Of a DNA stretch of 64,000 nt, positions 32,201 to 45,544 are shown piece after piece. The notes beneath the pieces are model-generated. The model searched no databases. It saw only the letters and a program-made list of their open reading frames with translations, and was not told where the DNA came from. The first letter of the stretch is position 1; the number at the start of each line of letters is the position of its first letter. A program made the position numbers and the translations under genes. This stretch comes from Adineta vaga (taxonomy: Eukaryota > Animalia > Rotifera), in NCBI GenBank assembly GCA_021613535.1, contig CP075493.1, positions 5,766,001-5,830,000 of the forward strand, written 5' to 3'.

Positions 32201-32897
32201 AACGTTCGCCACATGATCTTGCATAACCTGTTTCAGGATCTGTTCCACACGTGACTGTATCTAAGACATTGGCAATAACACTAACGGCAATAAAAAATCC
32301 AGTCACATAATAAAAGACAGATGCCATCGTTGATACTTGTGGATTTTCAAATGCACGCCACATTGTTTCACGTATTGATTGAGGTTTCGGTTGGGCTTTA
32401 TCTTCATCTTCATGTAGACGATCATCAATTAATCTTTCATTATTTTCACGTTTACGATCTCGATAATCTTCATAGCAACAATCGCCAATAATATCAGGTA
32501 GAATACCAAAGAATGCTAATTCTTCATCATATGCTGCAATACATTCATGTTTTGGATAATGTAATTTACCAGTACGATAAAAATTTAATATAACACGAAA
32601 TACATCAGGATCACGATCGAAGAAATATTCACGTGTATCTTCATCATAAAAGAATTCTTTTTCATTCGAGCCTAATAATGATTCAGGATATTTTTCTAAT
32701 GTTGAACGCCAACATTCAAAACGACGACCACTAACATTGATAATGATTTTTTCATCGCAACGACGATCATTTGTACTTGGCGATGCACCATTTGTTGGAA
32801 TACGAAATGGAGGTGGTGGTAAAGGGTTTTTTGCCAATGGAACCCAACCAATAGCTGCTGCACGAGCAAATGGAAGCCATGCAGCTACACTAGCCAT
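29235..32897 (-). CDS. KCND2: Voltage-gated potassium channel Shal/Kv4, multi-exon
   Basis: [19 protein letters not shown]-terminus, T1 domain, S4 [15 protein letters not shown], pore TMTTLGYGDIVP, S6 [29 protein letters not shown]. The KCND paralog number cannot be determined. Confidence 0.96.
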
Positions 32898-33885
32898 TTT
32901 ACGTCTGTTGTTCCTTGTTTATCCTAAATCATTAAAAAAAGACATATATATATATATATATATATAATATAGATATGTTTTATTACTCTTGCTTCTCGCC
33001 ATTTACTTTTATAGCAATGTTAATAATAATAAGTAAAGCAAAAAAATGTTCTAATTACGAACTCAAGATGAATGAATAGAAGAAATAAATAACATCTCAT
33101 ATGAAATCGTGTCGATTAGACAATATGGTTATATATGAGATGCTTTTAGATTAATGTAGATTGATATAAATCTTATACATATATAATAAGATCTAATTTT
33201 TCCTGTTTACATTAAACATATGTTCATTATATTGATGTCTGTGTGTCTTCATCATCTTATTTTCTTATCGAAGTCTTTCTTTTTCTCTTCTTCTTTTCTT
33301 CTGACTAGAGATGTCTTTTCCTTTTTTGTTGATGCCTATCAGTTCTTCTTGAGAGACTAATACTCATCTTACAGAAATTGACAAGGAAAAAAAATGCTCT
33401 AAACAATAATCAGGATCATGGAAAAATGTTGACAATTGCTAATTAACAGTACGAACCTACTGTGCGCCTATGCGCACCTCACAACTTGATTTGTAACAAT
33501 GTATAGTATGTGTGCCGTTGATTTGATTGTTATTACAAAACATTAAATTTCATAAGAGAACAGATGTTCGTCGTCGATCAACATAATATAAATGTATCTT
33601 AAAAGAAGAAGAAAAAAAACGACAGAAAAAAGTCGGTGTATGTGTATACACGTTCGTATTTGTATCGTGTGAATTGGATGGTAGGAGACGGACAATAGAA
33701 TAAGGAAGAAAAAGCAAAAACGAAGGAGAAAAAGAAGAAAAAGAAGAAGAAGAATGGAAAGACGAAGAATTCTGCCACCACCCTAGTGAGTGTCAATTCG
33801 AGGAGACGTAACGACTGCTAGTAACAACATACATAGAAGGAAACGAAGACGAAGCGAGATAGAGAACGTTGAGAAGAGCTGACGT

Positions 33886-33888
<3 letters not shown>

Positions 33889-33923
<35 letters not shown>

Positions 33924-33994
33924 ACTCGTTCTAGATAGAGGAAAAGCGACAAGATATCTCAATCAATGTTATGTGTGTGTGTGTGTGTGTGTGT
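33889..33994. repeat. (GA)n and (TG)n microsatellites upstream of Shal
   Basis: About 15 GA units at 33889-33918 and about 11 TG units at ~33972-33994, read directly. Confidence 0.9.
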
Positions 33995-36267
33995 ATCTAT
34001 GTACCGTACTTCGAACGAACGCTATGAAGTAGAACTGAAGAGACCTTTGTCTGTGTATGTGTGTTCCATTATGATTGTTTTCCGGTAGCCTCGCTTTTCC
34101 CGTATTCTCGTTAATGCTACGACTAACGTCGTCGACATCTCGTCAAGCACGACAACCTTCAAACCACATGTGCCAACTTTCTCTCTTTGTTTCTCGTCGG
34201 CGAATGCTCAACCAGAACAACAAGCAAACGAACTGATTTTTTTCCTTCTTGTTCTTTTCCTTATTTTTCTTTCTATTCACTCGGTATTTTTTGTTTGGTG
34301 TTTGCGTATGTGTGTGTTCCCTTCTCTTTTATTCCGTACATTCATCATTTACTAAAGTCGAGTGACAATAGTGCCTTGTTGTCCTTAAGGATATTTTTGA
34401 TTATTGAGTCGACATTGTGACATTAGGTTTAAGATAATGACGAATATAATATGAATGTAAATTCACGAGATAATTATAACTATCATTTAGAATAAAAATC
34501 ATGAAATAATTATATTGTATTATCATATTTAATAACCACAAAATCAAAAGATACGAAGCGTCATCATGTGTTTGCAACCAAAAACATCTGAATCTTTCTT
34601 TTCCTGATTTGTTCTGTTCTTTCCAGCATTTTATTTTCGTTAACGAAAGAACAAAAATCGATTATAGGAATCTTTGAAGATGACGGGCGAAAGATATATA
34701 TTTTCTATGCATAAGATGTCTTGACTGGTCCTTTAATTATGTGACGAAAGTGCTTTAGTTAATCAGACTCTATTGACGTGCCCTAGAAACAGTAGTGACA
34801 GCCATGATAACAACAATAACAAACACTATACCATCTAAGGAGAATAACAACAACAACAGGAATGACACCGCGCTTTTTGCAAACAGTTGGATGATCTACT
34901 GGTGCTTGGATGTCATTATATAAATTTCCATCATTGGTCTGTTCTATGTCGTTTCTGTTTTGCTTTCATGCCATTCCAGATGATTGAATGGGTGAATGAT
35001 TGTATACAGACATGTATACGCAGATACATAGATACAATATTATATACTGAGTACTTGTTAAAGCCTGTTACGACCTTGATGGTTTACTATCTTTTGATTT
35101 TGTCATCTTAGCACGACACGATTTATCAATCAATCAATCAATCATAAACATGCAACTCTTGCCTGTAGCATTGTCAACATTTTACTTGCTCACTAAATAG
35201 TGTCATTATTTTTAGTAATCGTGCGAGCACTCGCGCACAAACTCACATACACAACCAGTTAAAGTCAACAGAAAAAAAAACAAACGGAACAAAATGAACA
35301 GTCAATTATTCGATTAATCATTGTGTTCTTTTCTTTTTTTGTTGATTGTTATTTATCGACGTCAGCAAAATACGATAAGATTAAAAAAATTGGTCACAAG
35401 TGACCAACTATACTTAAAGATCTCTGGAGAATTTCCTGTTTACAATTAAACTGTCTATTTATCGGACAAAAACATTGATATAATATTATCAACCGATCAA
35501 ATGCCTGTCATCATTAACAATAAGATAGTAAACAATCAATCTTTTGACATGTTACCTCTCATGTTAGAAAATCTTTGAAATGCCAGTATTAATACTAGTG
35601 ATAAATAATTAGTTTACTTTCGAATTAAGAAAACGGATGTCGAGCAAAAAAAGATTATATTGTATTCTTAGCAGATACGAACACTTACTTGGGTCGATTT
35701 CTTTTCTTTTTTTGTCTTTGACTACATCGACGTCGAGCAACGTCAATACTATTTCTCATCTCGAGCTCGTTCAGTCGTTCGTTCGCGTTCTTTCTTCTAT
35801 TACATTATTGTGAATTATTTGAGATAGTAATAGTTAGTTCAGTGAATAAAAGAAGAACGAGCAACGGATGGATATGAAACGACTCGAGTCGATCCGATCC
35901 GATCGGAATCGAGTTCAATACTATAAGAAAGGATTACATGAAGCGTTATTGATATGAATGTGCTGCCAATGTTCTAATGATTTGAATATACGCTTCAATA
36001 AGCAACAATATAAATACTATTGAGAAAGATAAGAAGAAAAGTATTTGTGTTGGATTAGTAGGACATCTATCGATAAACAATTGTATCATTGGTTATTCTG
36101 AACGAGCAAAGAAAAAAATGGCTTTGTCGTCAGCAACAACGTTTTCCTAGACATTGACATTAGCGCGATGAACTATAGAATAGAATAATGTCTTATTTGT
36201 TTTTTTTTGTTGAACTCTTCTAGATTCTGTATTGAAGTGAACATTGTTATCCTGAAACAAATATCAG

Positions 36268-38644
36268 ATGTCTCAAAATTCAGGACCATTTCTTGTTTCT
36301 TCACATGGTCATCCTGGATTTAATCCTCGACCACCACTACCACCGCCACCACCATCATCATCAACAACAGCATCATCATCTAAACGAATAAGCAATGGTT
36401 TAATGACTGGTACTAGTCCAGGAAATACATCTATGGGTCCTAATATGGGTCTTTCATCTTCACCTTCACCAATGCGAACAACTGCTTCAATGGGTCCAAT
36501 GAAACCGGGTGGTGTTGCTATGAGCCCAATGGATAAATCTAATTCGATGTCATATTCTAATCGTTATAGTCGTAAGCCATGGCCTATGACACGTAGTATG
36601 CATGGTAAGAAGATAAATCCTGTTTTAGATGTTAAGAAAAAACAAAAGTTTGAAATCACTTTTAGATAAAGGTATTCGTGGACATGATGATCATGAAGCT
36701 CCATATCTTCGTCCAGGTATTCCAGGTCATAGTGGTCCTATTGATAGTATGAATAATTCTTCATTTACAATTGAACCATCTACAGATGATGACGAAGGTG
36801 ATGATATATATTTCTCCTCACGTCATATAGCTGCTGCACGTTTTCAACGTAATCAACGTTTATTAGTTGAAATATTTAATGAAGTTTGTATACCAGATTT
36901 ACGATCGAATGTTAGTGTTGATCGTATATTAACGTTACGTCGACAAGTGGATGCACTTAAAACACATCGTGAAACATTTGAAAAAGATTTAAATGAATTA
37001 GAGGAAAAACATCTCGAAAAAAAACGGAAATTTTTAGATGCGAATGAAAAATTTCATAATGAATATGATGAAGCTTCATCAACAAACTTAAGTCGTGAAA
37101 AAATTAATGAAATCTTACAAAAATATGAAGCAATGGAAAAGTTACAGAAAGAAAAACAATTACTTTTACAACAACAACAAGCTGCTGCGACTCCACCTCC
37201 ACCTCCACCTCCACCAACTCCTTCTGCATCTACATCAGCAGCAGTGGTTCCACCTCAATCAACTCCTAGTGTTGCCCAAACGAAAACTGAACCTATACCA
37301 ACAACTGAAGCACCTCAACAACAGCCGACACCACCCCCAGTACTACCGACGCAACCATTACCTACTCAACCACCAATACCAACTCCAATACCCGCTTCGC
37401 AACCTTTACCAACTCAACCACCATCCCAACCTATACCAGCGCAGATACCTCCTGTACCAGTACAGCAACATATGCCAACAGCAGTACCACCAACACCGCA
37501 TGTACCATCATCTGCACCACAACCTCAACATGTTCCATCACCAATGGCACCATCTCAACCTGTACAAACTCAATTACCACCACCGCCGCCACCACCTGTA
37601 ATGCAACAAGCACCACCACCACAACAACCACCACCACAGCAGCAACCACAAATGTTACCTCCGCAACAACAACAACAACCACCACCACCACCGCAGCAGC
37701 AACAACAGCAACCACCTCCACAACCTCCACCACATCAAGGTTATCCAATGATGCATCAAGGAGGTGGTTATCCTCCAGCACCAGGCTATGGTCATCCACA
37801 ACAAGCTCAACAATATCGACCACCACCACCTATGAATCAACGTCCAGGGCAATATCCACCTAACGTTCAATGGCAGCAACAACAACAACCTCTACCACCT
37901 CAACAGCAACAATGGCAACCAAGTGCATATGGTAAGAAGTCTGGAACTTTTAATTTAGTGATAATATTCGTAAAGATACGAGTCAGAGACGTTTAAAATT
38001 GATAAAGATTTCAGGCATTGAATACAAGTTTTTTTCATTGATACGATCGAGTTTCATCAGAAAACATTGTCTTGTAATTTATAGATCCTCGATATTATAA
38101 TCCTTATCCTCCTAATGCGCAATGGCCTCAACAACCACAACAGCAACAACAATGGCCACCAAACCAAATGCCACCTCAACAACAACAACAACAAATGGGT
38201 ATGATTCCACCACAGCAACAACAACCTATGGGTGTTGTTCCGCAACAACAGCAACAAGGACCACCGCAACAAATGCGTGGTCCTCCTCAACAACAACAAG
38301 GTCCACCACCACAAATGTATGTTAATGGTGTTAATTACGGATATGGTGGTGCTCCTCCTGGCGGTTGGAATGGTGGTGCACCTCCACCTCCCCATCCATC
38401 TCAACAATATGGTTATCCACAAAATCCTCCATACGATCCATCGGGTGTTTCTGGACCACCACCACCACAACAACAACAACAACAATATTATCAACCACCT
38501 CCACAAGGTTATGATTATGGTCCACCACCTCCTCAACAACAACAGCAACAACAGGTTCCACTTGTTCCTCCTCAACAACAACAACAGCCACCACCACCTC
38601 AGCAGCAGCAGCAACCACCACCCTCGTCATCACAGATGAACTGA
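36268..38644 (+). CDS. SMARCE1: SWI/SNF subunit SMARCE1/BAF57/BAP111-like, HMG box largely absent, Pro/Gln-rich tail; 3 exons
   Basis: GPFLVSSHGHPGFNP N-terminus; NHRLI-like domain FSSRHIAAARFQRNQRLLVEIFNEVCIPDLRS; coiled coil LRRQVDAL..EEKHLEKKRKFL. Confidence 0.88.
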
Positions 38645-38784
38645 TAATACTTATACATTTGTTTGTTATATAGAACGTTTTTTCCTCTCTGTATCTGTAC
38701 AAAAAATATTTGTCTGTATATCTTCAAAAGAAAATATTTCATGCGATATGTTCTAGATTTGTTTGTTTTTTAAATATTTCATTC

Positions 38785-39100
38785 ATGGCATCATTACGTC
38801 CATGTCTTAATTTAGTACCGAAAACAGTCGGACGTCGACAGTTTAGCTTAAGTCAACGTAGACGTTTACAAGATAATTGGGATCAAGAAGCTTTACCTGG
38901 TTCTAATGTGCCATTTAACAGTAAGAAAATCTACAAACATGATACGGCTTATCAAATAGATAAAAAAAACCTTGTTATTTTTCATTTTAGCAAATAGCAA
39001 ATGGGGTTTAGCAACAACTTTAATCCTCTATATATCATCAGCTGTTGCTGTTCCATTCTTTGCCATGCGTTGGCAATTACTCAAAAAACGTGCTGGTTAA
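38785..39100 (+). CDS. COX7C: Cytochrome c oxidase subunit 7C, 2 exons
   Basis: Arg-rich transit peptide then PGSNVPFNTNSKWGLATTLILYISSAVAVPFFAMRWQLLKK; intron 38921-38990. Confidence 0.88.
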
Positions 39101-40592
39101 ATGTGACATTATTCGATCATTTGTATTCTTTCTAGCAAAGATGAATATTAACCATTCTCTGTAGTTAGGAAAGTGATACTATTTGTCCGAATCCATTTCA
39201 TTTCATTTATAGAAATAAACAGTTTTTTCTTGTCTCCTCTCCATAATTTGTTTATGAATAATATATTACCATACTTTTAGTTCAAAACGACCTACATAAT
39301 AATTGTCGGTAGAAAATTTCCCTCGAGATTTCGAGCAATATTGATGTTTATCTGGTCTGCACAGCTAATACGGAAACTATAATTAAAGACACGTTTACTA
39401 GCGAACAGTGAATAAAAATCTCTTGAATAGAACTATCGATCGAAGAAAAGAAAATATTCAAGAGTTATTCGTATTGGCCAAGGTGATCTGTTCTTTAAAA
39501 ATAAGTAATGTACTTCGTACTGAAATCTTCGAATCAAGATCAATCTCATCTGTAGTGTGATGAAGTTGAATGTATTATGTAACGAAATGTATACACGTCA
39601 TCATTGTCCGATTTCGATTAGTTCACAAAATTTTGATGAAATTTCTTCATTATTTTGTTCTCTTTCTTTGCGTTCTGTTTGACTAATACTATCAAAAGTA
39701 AATGAATACATATTGGCATGATTTGATGTTACAACAGATATTGTTTTCTTACTACTTTCAAATATATAGGATTATGATTCAATTTCTTATTACACACATT
39801 TATCATAACACAATATACAGCAATAATCATGTTTCTTTCGTTGTGTATGTAAGTAGGTATGTCATAACACAAAAGAGATTATTGTTCATAGAACCAGAAA
39901 TAACTCTTCACCGTCCATAATCGAGAATAATAATTAGAGTAAAAATTTCTTTGAATAAACTGAATAGATTCGATAGTTTTGTAAGATCAAAACGAGATAT
40001 TTTATTCTTATATCACATCTGATTTTTCTTTCATCATTGATATTTATTAACATGCAAGACCTTGAGATCAGGAAAATGATTACATCATCATTTTAATCAG
40101 GTAACAAATGTTCTTGATTTTAATTTCTATGTTTCTATATCGAGATAAAGAACGAAAACTTGATTTGTCACTTCGACTGGAAATGTTATTTTGTATAAGC
40201 TTACGAATATCACGATGAATCTAAGTATGCTTGCTCATGCATATTCCTATTGACCCCGAATCATTGTGATATAGTGTTTACTTTGAGTATTTAACTGTCC
40301 TTGCGAATAGGCAACGAGTAAGAAGAGCCAGGGACAAATGCGTACGAAAGGAACTTTTCGATTTTTTTTCTCCTACTGGCAAATATGAGCAGATACAAGA
40401 ACAACACAAGAAAAAGAGAAGTGACGAGAGAAAGAGAAATGTACAAACATTTTTTGCATAATCGCTCATATACATACATCTATGTATATATATAGATGTA
40501 CGAATTGAGACGCGTGTATCTTCAATTTCATCATACGAGAAAAAAAGCATTCGACTTTCTTTTATATATATTCTTTCATACAACGATTGTAA

Positions 40593-42939
40593 ATGTCCTT
40601 GACAAAGCGGACACGTTTTATACTTGTACGAAGTACACGCAATGCCAATGCAACTGAAGATAATATTGAACCTTATCATACCAGTATATTTCGTCGTTCA
40701 TCATCGATGCCACCATTACAAAAACGATCATCTTTAAAAAAATTGAATTTTCTTCGACGTGATCAACGACAACAATCCATGGAATCTTCGACGATGCCTG
40801 TAACACAATATCAACAACGTGATAGAGATGAAATTTTAACAAATAAATTCTATAAATTAAATATTCAAACAATGAAAAAGAAATCAGCAAGAATTAGTAT
40901 GCGTTTATCGAATGCATTTGGTTTATCAGCACATACAATTGATGAACATTTTAATTATCAAGAACAACGTTTTCGTGCAATGGAAAAATTTCTAAAATTA
41001 TTTCTACGAAATATTTATATCAATATTGAAGCATTAAGGGTAATGTTATTTTCTTCGAATGAATCGAATGAATATTAACTTTATTCATTAGTAATAAATG
41101 AACTTTTCTCCTAGGAAAGTATTTTAACGCAAGTGGATGTCGCCGAAGATATCGAAGAATTATTAGATGATAGGATTACGGATTTATTTCAACAATTTAT
41201 TCGTTCCAAACGTTTTTTACTTGAAAATATTTTTCTCGAATTTGTAAGTCATTCTTTAATTTGCTTTTTTTTTGAATTTTATTATTCTGTATATAACAGA
41301 GAAATCATATTGAATTGTATGTTATCAATTCAATCAATATGTTATTAAAATTATTTCTTTCACCATTAAATTTAATTGGCAAACGACATAATAAATTATT
41401 AGATTATGATAGTGCTCAATCTGCTTACGAAAAAGTTAAAGATCAACAATTAAAACAAGTAAAAAATGAATGAAATCGAAATTCATTAAAGATTTTTCTT
41501 TTTTTAAATATCTTAGGCAAAACAAGTTCTCGATCTATCCAAACAAACATATGAAATAATAAATAATCAATTACTTGAAGAATTACCTTGTCTATATGAA
41601 ACTAGTTGTGAAATCTTATCTCTTGCTGTCAAAGAATATATTCGAGCATATTATCGTTTAATGCAACAAATGAATACAAATATGCAACTTGTTCTAAATA
41701 AAGTTTGTAGACATTGAAAATTTTATCTTTTCGAAAAAAAACAAAACTCTTTTTTGTCGATCATTAGACAGTGCCATTAATTACTTCGGAAAATTTAAAT
41801 TGGAAAAAGATTTTAGAACGATTTATAGTAAAAAATCATTCTATTGACGAACAATTTTTTCAATTAACAATTACAGCAAAGAATTTTTCTGAACGATTAA
41901 AAACTTTATCAACATCAAGAATTTCCTCGGGAATCAATAATACATATAATTGTGATAAAGTTCGTTGTTAATTATATTTATATATTAGTATTGTGAATGT
42001 TTTATGAATAGGAAACGTATATACAAACAGATGAAATTCGACAATCGATGAAAAATCGATTTCCAGATAACGATTTATTTGTTGTCATTCAAGATTATAC
42101 GGGCTATTCGAATAATCAATCAACGATGGCACGATCAGAATTTACTATTCAAAATGTGAGTAATTCTATAAATGAATAACAAGGACATTTTTTATTTAAT
42201 AGGGTGATCTTGTTGGTATAATTCAACGATATGATGAAGATAATACCGATGAACAATGGTTTGTAGATAATGGAAGTACGAATTTATTATTAATTTCATT
42301 CACATAACAAAACAATTATCTGTTTATTTAGTTACACAAGGTTATCTACCTTCTTCGATTCTTACGCCTTTAATACCAAATAATCAATCAGATTTTCATT
42401 CTATACCACCGCCCATACCAATTCGTCATGATCTACGAACAGCAACACGAGTACCTTTACCATTACCTCGTACAAATATTCGTTCAAGAACAATTCAACC
42501 TCGAACTTCATTATCAAGAGATAATACAGATTCTGAACCATGTTTAATTAATTCTTCACATTATGTCGAAGATGTCAATGAACAACTTTATTTAAATCAA
42601 ACTAACTCTCGAATTTCAACAACAGTAATAACTAATGACTATCATCAATATGCTACCATTGATTTAGAAGATCCAATCACAAATCAATCGAATACAAATG
42701 AACAAGTATGATTTCTAGAGAAGTCTTTCGATATCATTTCTAGATCAATTTAGATCTATACTGCATTATATGACTTTAATAGTACAAGTGATGGTGTTCT
42801 TTCTCTATGTATTGGAGAACGATTGAAAATTTTACAACGTTTCGACGGTGATGGAAATGTAGAATGGTGGTTCGTAGAAAAAATCAACGAAACTAGAGAA
42901 AAAGGTTATGTACCTGCAAATTATATTCAACCAGTTTAA
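40593..42939 (+). CDS. BAR domain plus two SH3 domains (DNMBP/Tuba/ARHGEF37 C-terminal-like), multi-exon
   Basis: TMKKKSARISMRLS..DEHFNYQEQRFRAMEK, PLNLIGKRHNKLLDYD and NNQLLEELP (BAR). SH3 motifs GDLVGII..QWFVDNG..GYLPSSIL and YTALYDF..WWFVE..KGYVPANYI. Confidence 0.8.
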
Positions 42940-43340
42940 AAAGAAAACGCATATGTTTCAATGAATTCAATTATCGGATAATTGTTAAAGTTAACATGAA
43001 ACTTGTTTTATTTATTTTTTCATTTAGAATAAAGATTTCGAAAGAGTGAAATATAATCTAGATGATAATATCTAAATCATGATCTCTTTCAACTATAGTA
43101 ACGATCTTTATGCATGACCTTTTCTGTTGTTATCAATTGAAATTAATAAAACGAAAACATAAACACGTGTTCTAAGTAAAGTTTATTATCGAAGATTTGA
43201 TTTATTATATATGAAGAAAAGGAAAATATTTATCTAATACTTCAATATCGAAACATTCTTCTCACTGTGCAAAGAACACTTTTGTTTTTCAAGGTTAACA
43301 AAAGTAAAGTGTAGATAAGAAAATATTTATTCATTTGAAA

Positions 43341-44727
43341 ATGACGACAAAACATGGATTTTATTATAATGATGATGATGATGATGATCGATTATATATG
43401 GATCAAACTTCTGTTACACAAATTATTGAACGTTTATCTGAACCACCAACACCATTTGTACTCTACAGTTTAAAACAATTTTCTCATAATGTTCATGCAT
43501 ATCAACATGCACTCACCGAACTTGCACCATTACGTTGTCGATTATCATATTCGATGAAAGCAAATTACAATCCACATTTATTAACAATATTAAAATCATC
43601 AGCAGTCATGTTAACAACAGTGAGTGGTGGAGAAATGCAATTAGCACTATCTACTGGATTTGAGGTAAACTTTTGAACAAAACAAAATAATCAATGTATG
43701 TAACATTTGTTTTTAGCCATCATCCATTATCTACAATGGTAATGGAAAAACAGATGAAAGTATTCGTATGGCAGTTGAAGCTGGTGTTTTACTTAATGTT
43801 GATAGTTTATTTGATCTTGAAGTTATTCTTCGATATGCTCATCAATTGAATAAGATTGCTAATGTACTTATACGTGTAAATCCCAATCTAAGTGATTCGA
43901 ATATTCATGCATATAATACGACAGCATCGGCAACAAGTAAATTTGGTACTAATATCGATGAATTAGAATCAATCTATACAATAATTGAGAAAAATCATGA
44001 TAAATGGATTCGTTTATATGGTTTTCATTGTCATTTAGGTTCGACTATATCAAATACACGAGTTATTGTTACATGTATAGAAAGATTAGTGAAATTATTT
44101 GATACAAAACGTTTTCCTCATCTTCGTTTTCTTAATATTGGTGGTGGATTAAATATTGACTATAAACGATATGCAAATCGTACATTGAATCAACCTGAAG
44201 AACATATTTCAATTCCAACTATTGAAGATTATATTCATGCTATTAAACAACCTTTAGAAAAACTCTCGGATTCAATTGAATTGATTGTTGAACCTGGACG
44301 AAGTTTAATTGCAAATGCATGTCTACTAATAACACGTGTCTTAGGACAAAAACAAACAGGTTCAATACGACAACTAGTTGTTGATGCTTCAATGACTGAA
44401 TGTATTCGTCCAGCTTTATATCAAGCCTATCATCATATTGATACAATAGTCCCATCATCAAACAAGGAACGTATTCCATATGATATTGTTGGACCTGTTT
44501 GTGAAAGTGGAGATTTTCTTGGTAAACAACGATATCTTCCAGAAACATTAGAACGTGGAAATTTCTTAGCTGTATTTGATGTAGGTGCTTACTGTTCAAG
44601 TATGAGTTCAAATTATAATATGCGACCACGTCCAGCTGAATATGCCTTAGATGAACATGAAAATATCAAAATATTACGAAAGAGAGAAACAAATGAAGAT
44701 CTTCTTCGAACTTATTATATTGAATAG
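43341..44727 (+). CDS. lysA: Diaminopimelate decarboxylase (PLP fold III), 2 exons
   Basis: YSMKANYN (PLP lysine), VSGGE, IYNGNGK, SKFG, HCHLGS, NIGGG, EPGRSL, VDASM..IRPALY, VGPVCESGD, GAYCSSMSSNYNMRPR; intron 43665-43716. Confidence 0.92.
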
Positions 44728-45544
44728 AATTTTTTCGTTTAGTTTGTGATGAAAAGAATAAAAGATAGTTTGTTGATCGATGATTTTGATGACATTTGTT
44801 AATTGCCTTGATGTGTAAAGAGAAGAAGAAGAAGAAGAAGAAGATAAGACTATATGTAATAGAATTTTTTGGACACTTGATGACAGCATCAGTATTATAC
44901 AACGTTTTCTTCTGTTTCTTTTTTTTTGCTATCAATGTCGATAAGAAAGACATTTCAATTGTTCATTTTTTTTGTTTCGTTGCTCCTACCTTCTAACGTG
45001 AAGGGTACGAAAAATAGACTAAATGGCTATCGGTCACGCATAAAAAATATTCTTTCAATTCAACGGTAGTTTTTTTTCAAGAAAAAAATGAACTGGTATC
45101 GATGTTGAGACAATAACAGTCTGGTATACATCTATTATTTGATGTGAACTTTTATGACAATGTTCAGAATAAGTAAAAAATTCACAATAGAGTTCACCGT
45201 CATAATACGGTCAAATGTGTTGCGACAATAGTTGACCATCAATTGTATGTCTACTTCATAGAAATTTTTCTTTCTGTCTGTCTAGTATACTAAGACCTAG
45301 TTTGTTCTGTTCTATATTGTAGACCATGGTTTATGTATATATATATATATATATATGTATCTGTCCGTCTTTATTCTTGTTTTAAAAGCAAAAAAAGTCT
45401 AGGGAGAGCAAGAGAGAAACTGCGCGCGCGAGAGAGAAAAGAAGATATAAGTAAAGGAGAAAAAAAGAACAATAATACAACATCTATATGCATACATTTT
45501 GTATTATTAAGAGTAAAGATTGAAGTTGATCCGTGAAGAATAAA

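Noticed and set aside
37095-38702. Long His-rich, Val-rich and Leu/Trp-rich ORFs in other frames and on the antisense strand
   Set aside because: Shadows of the CCA/CAA-rich Pro/Gln codons of SMARCE1.
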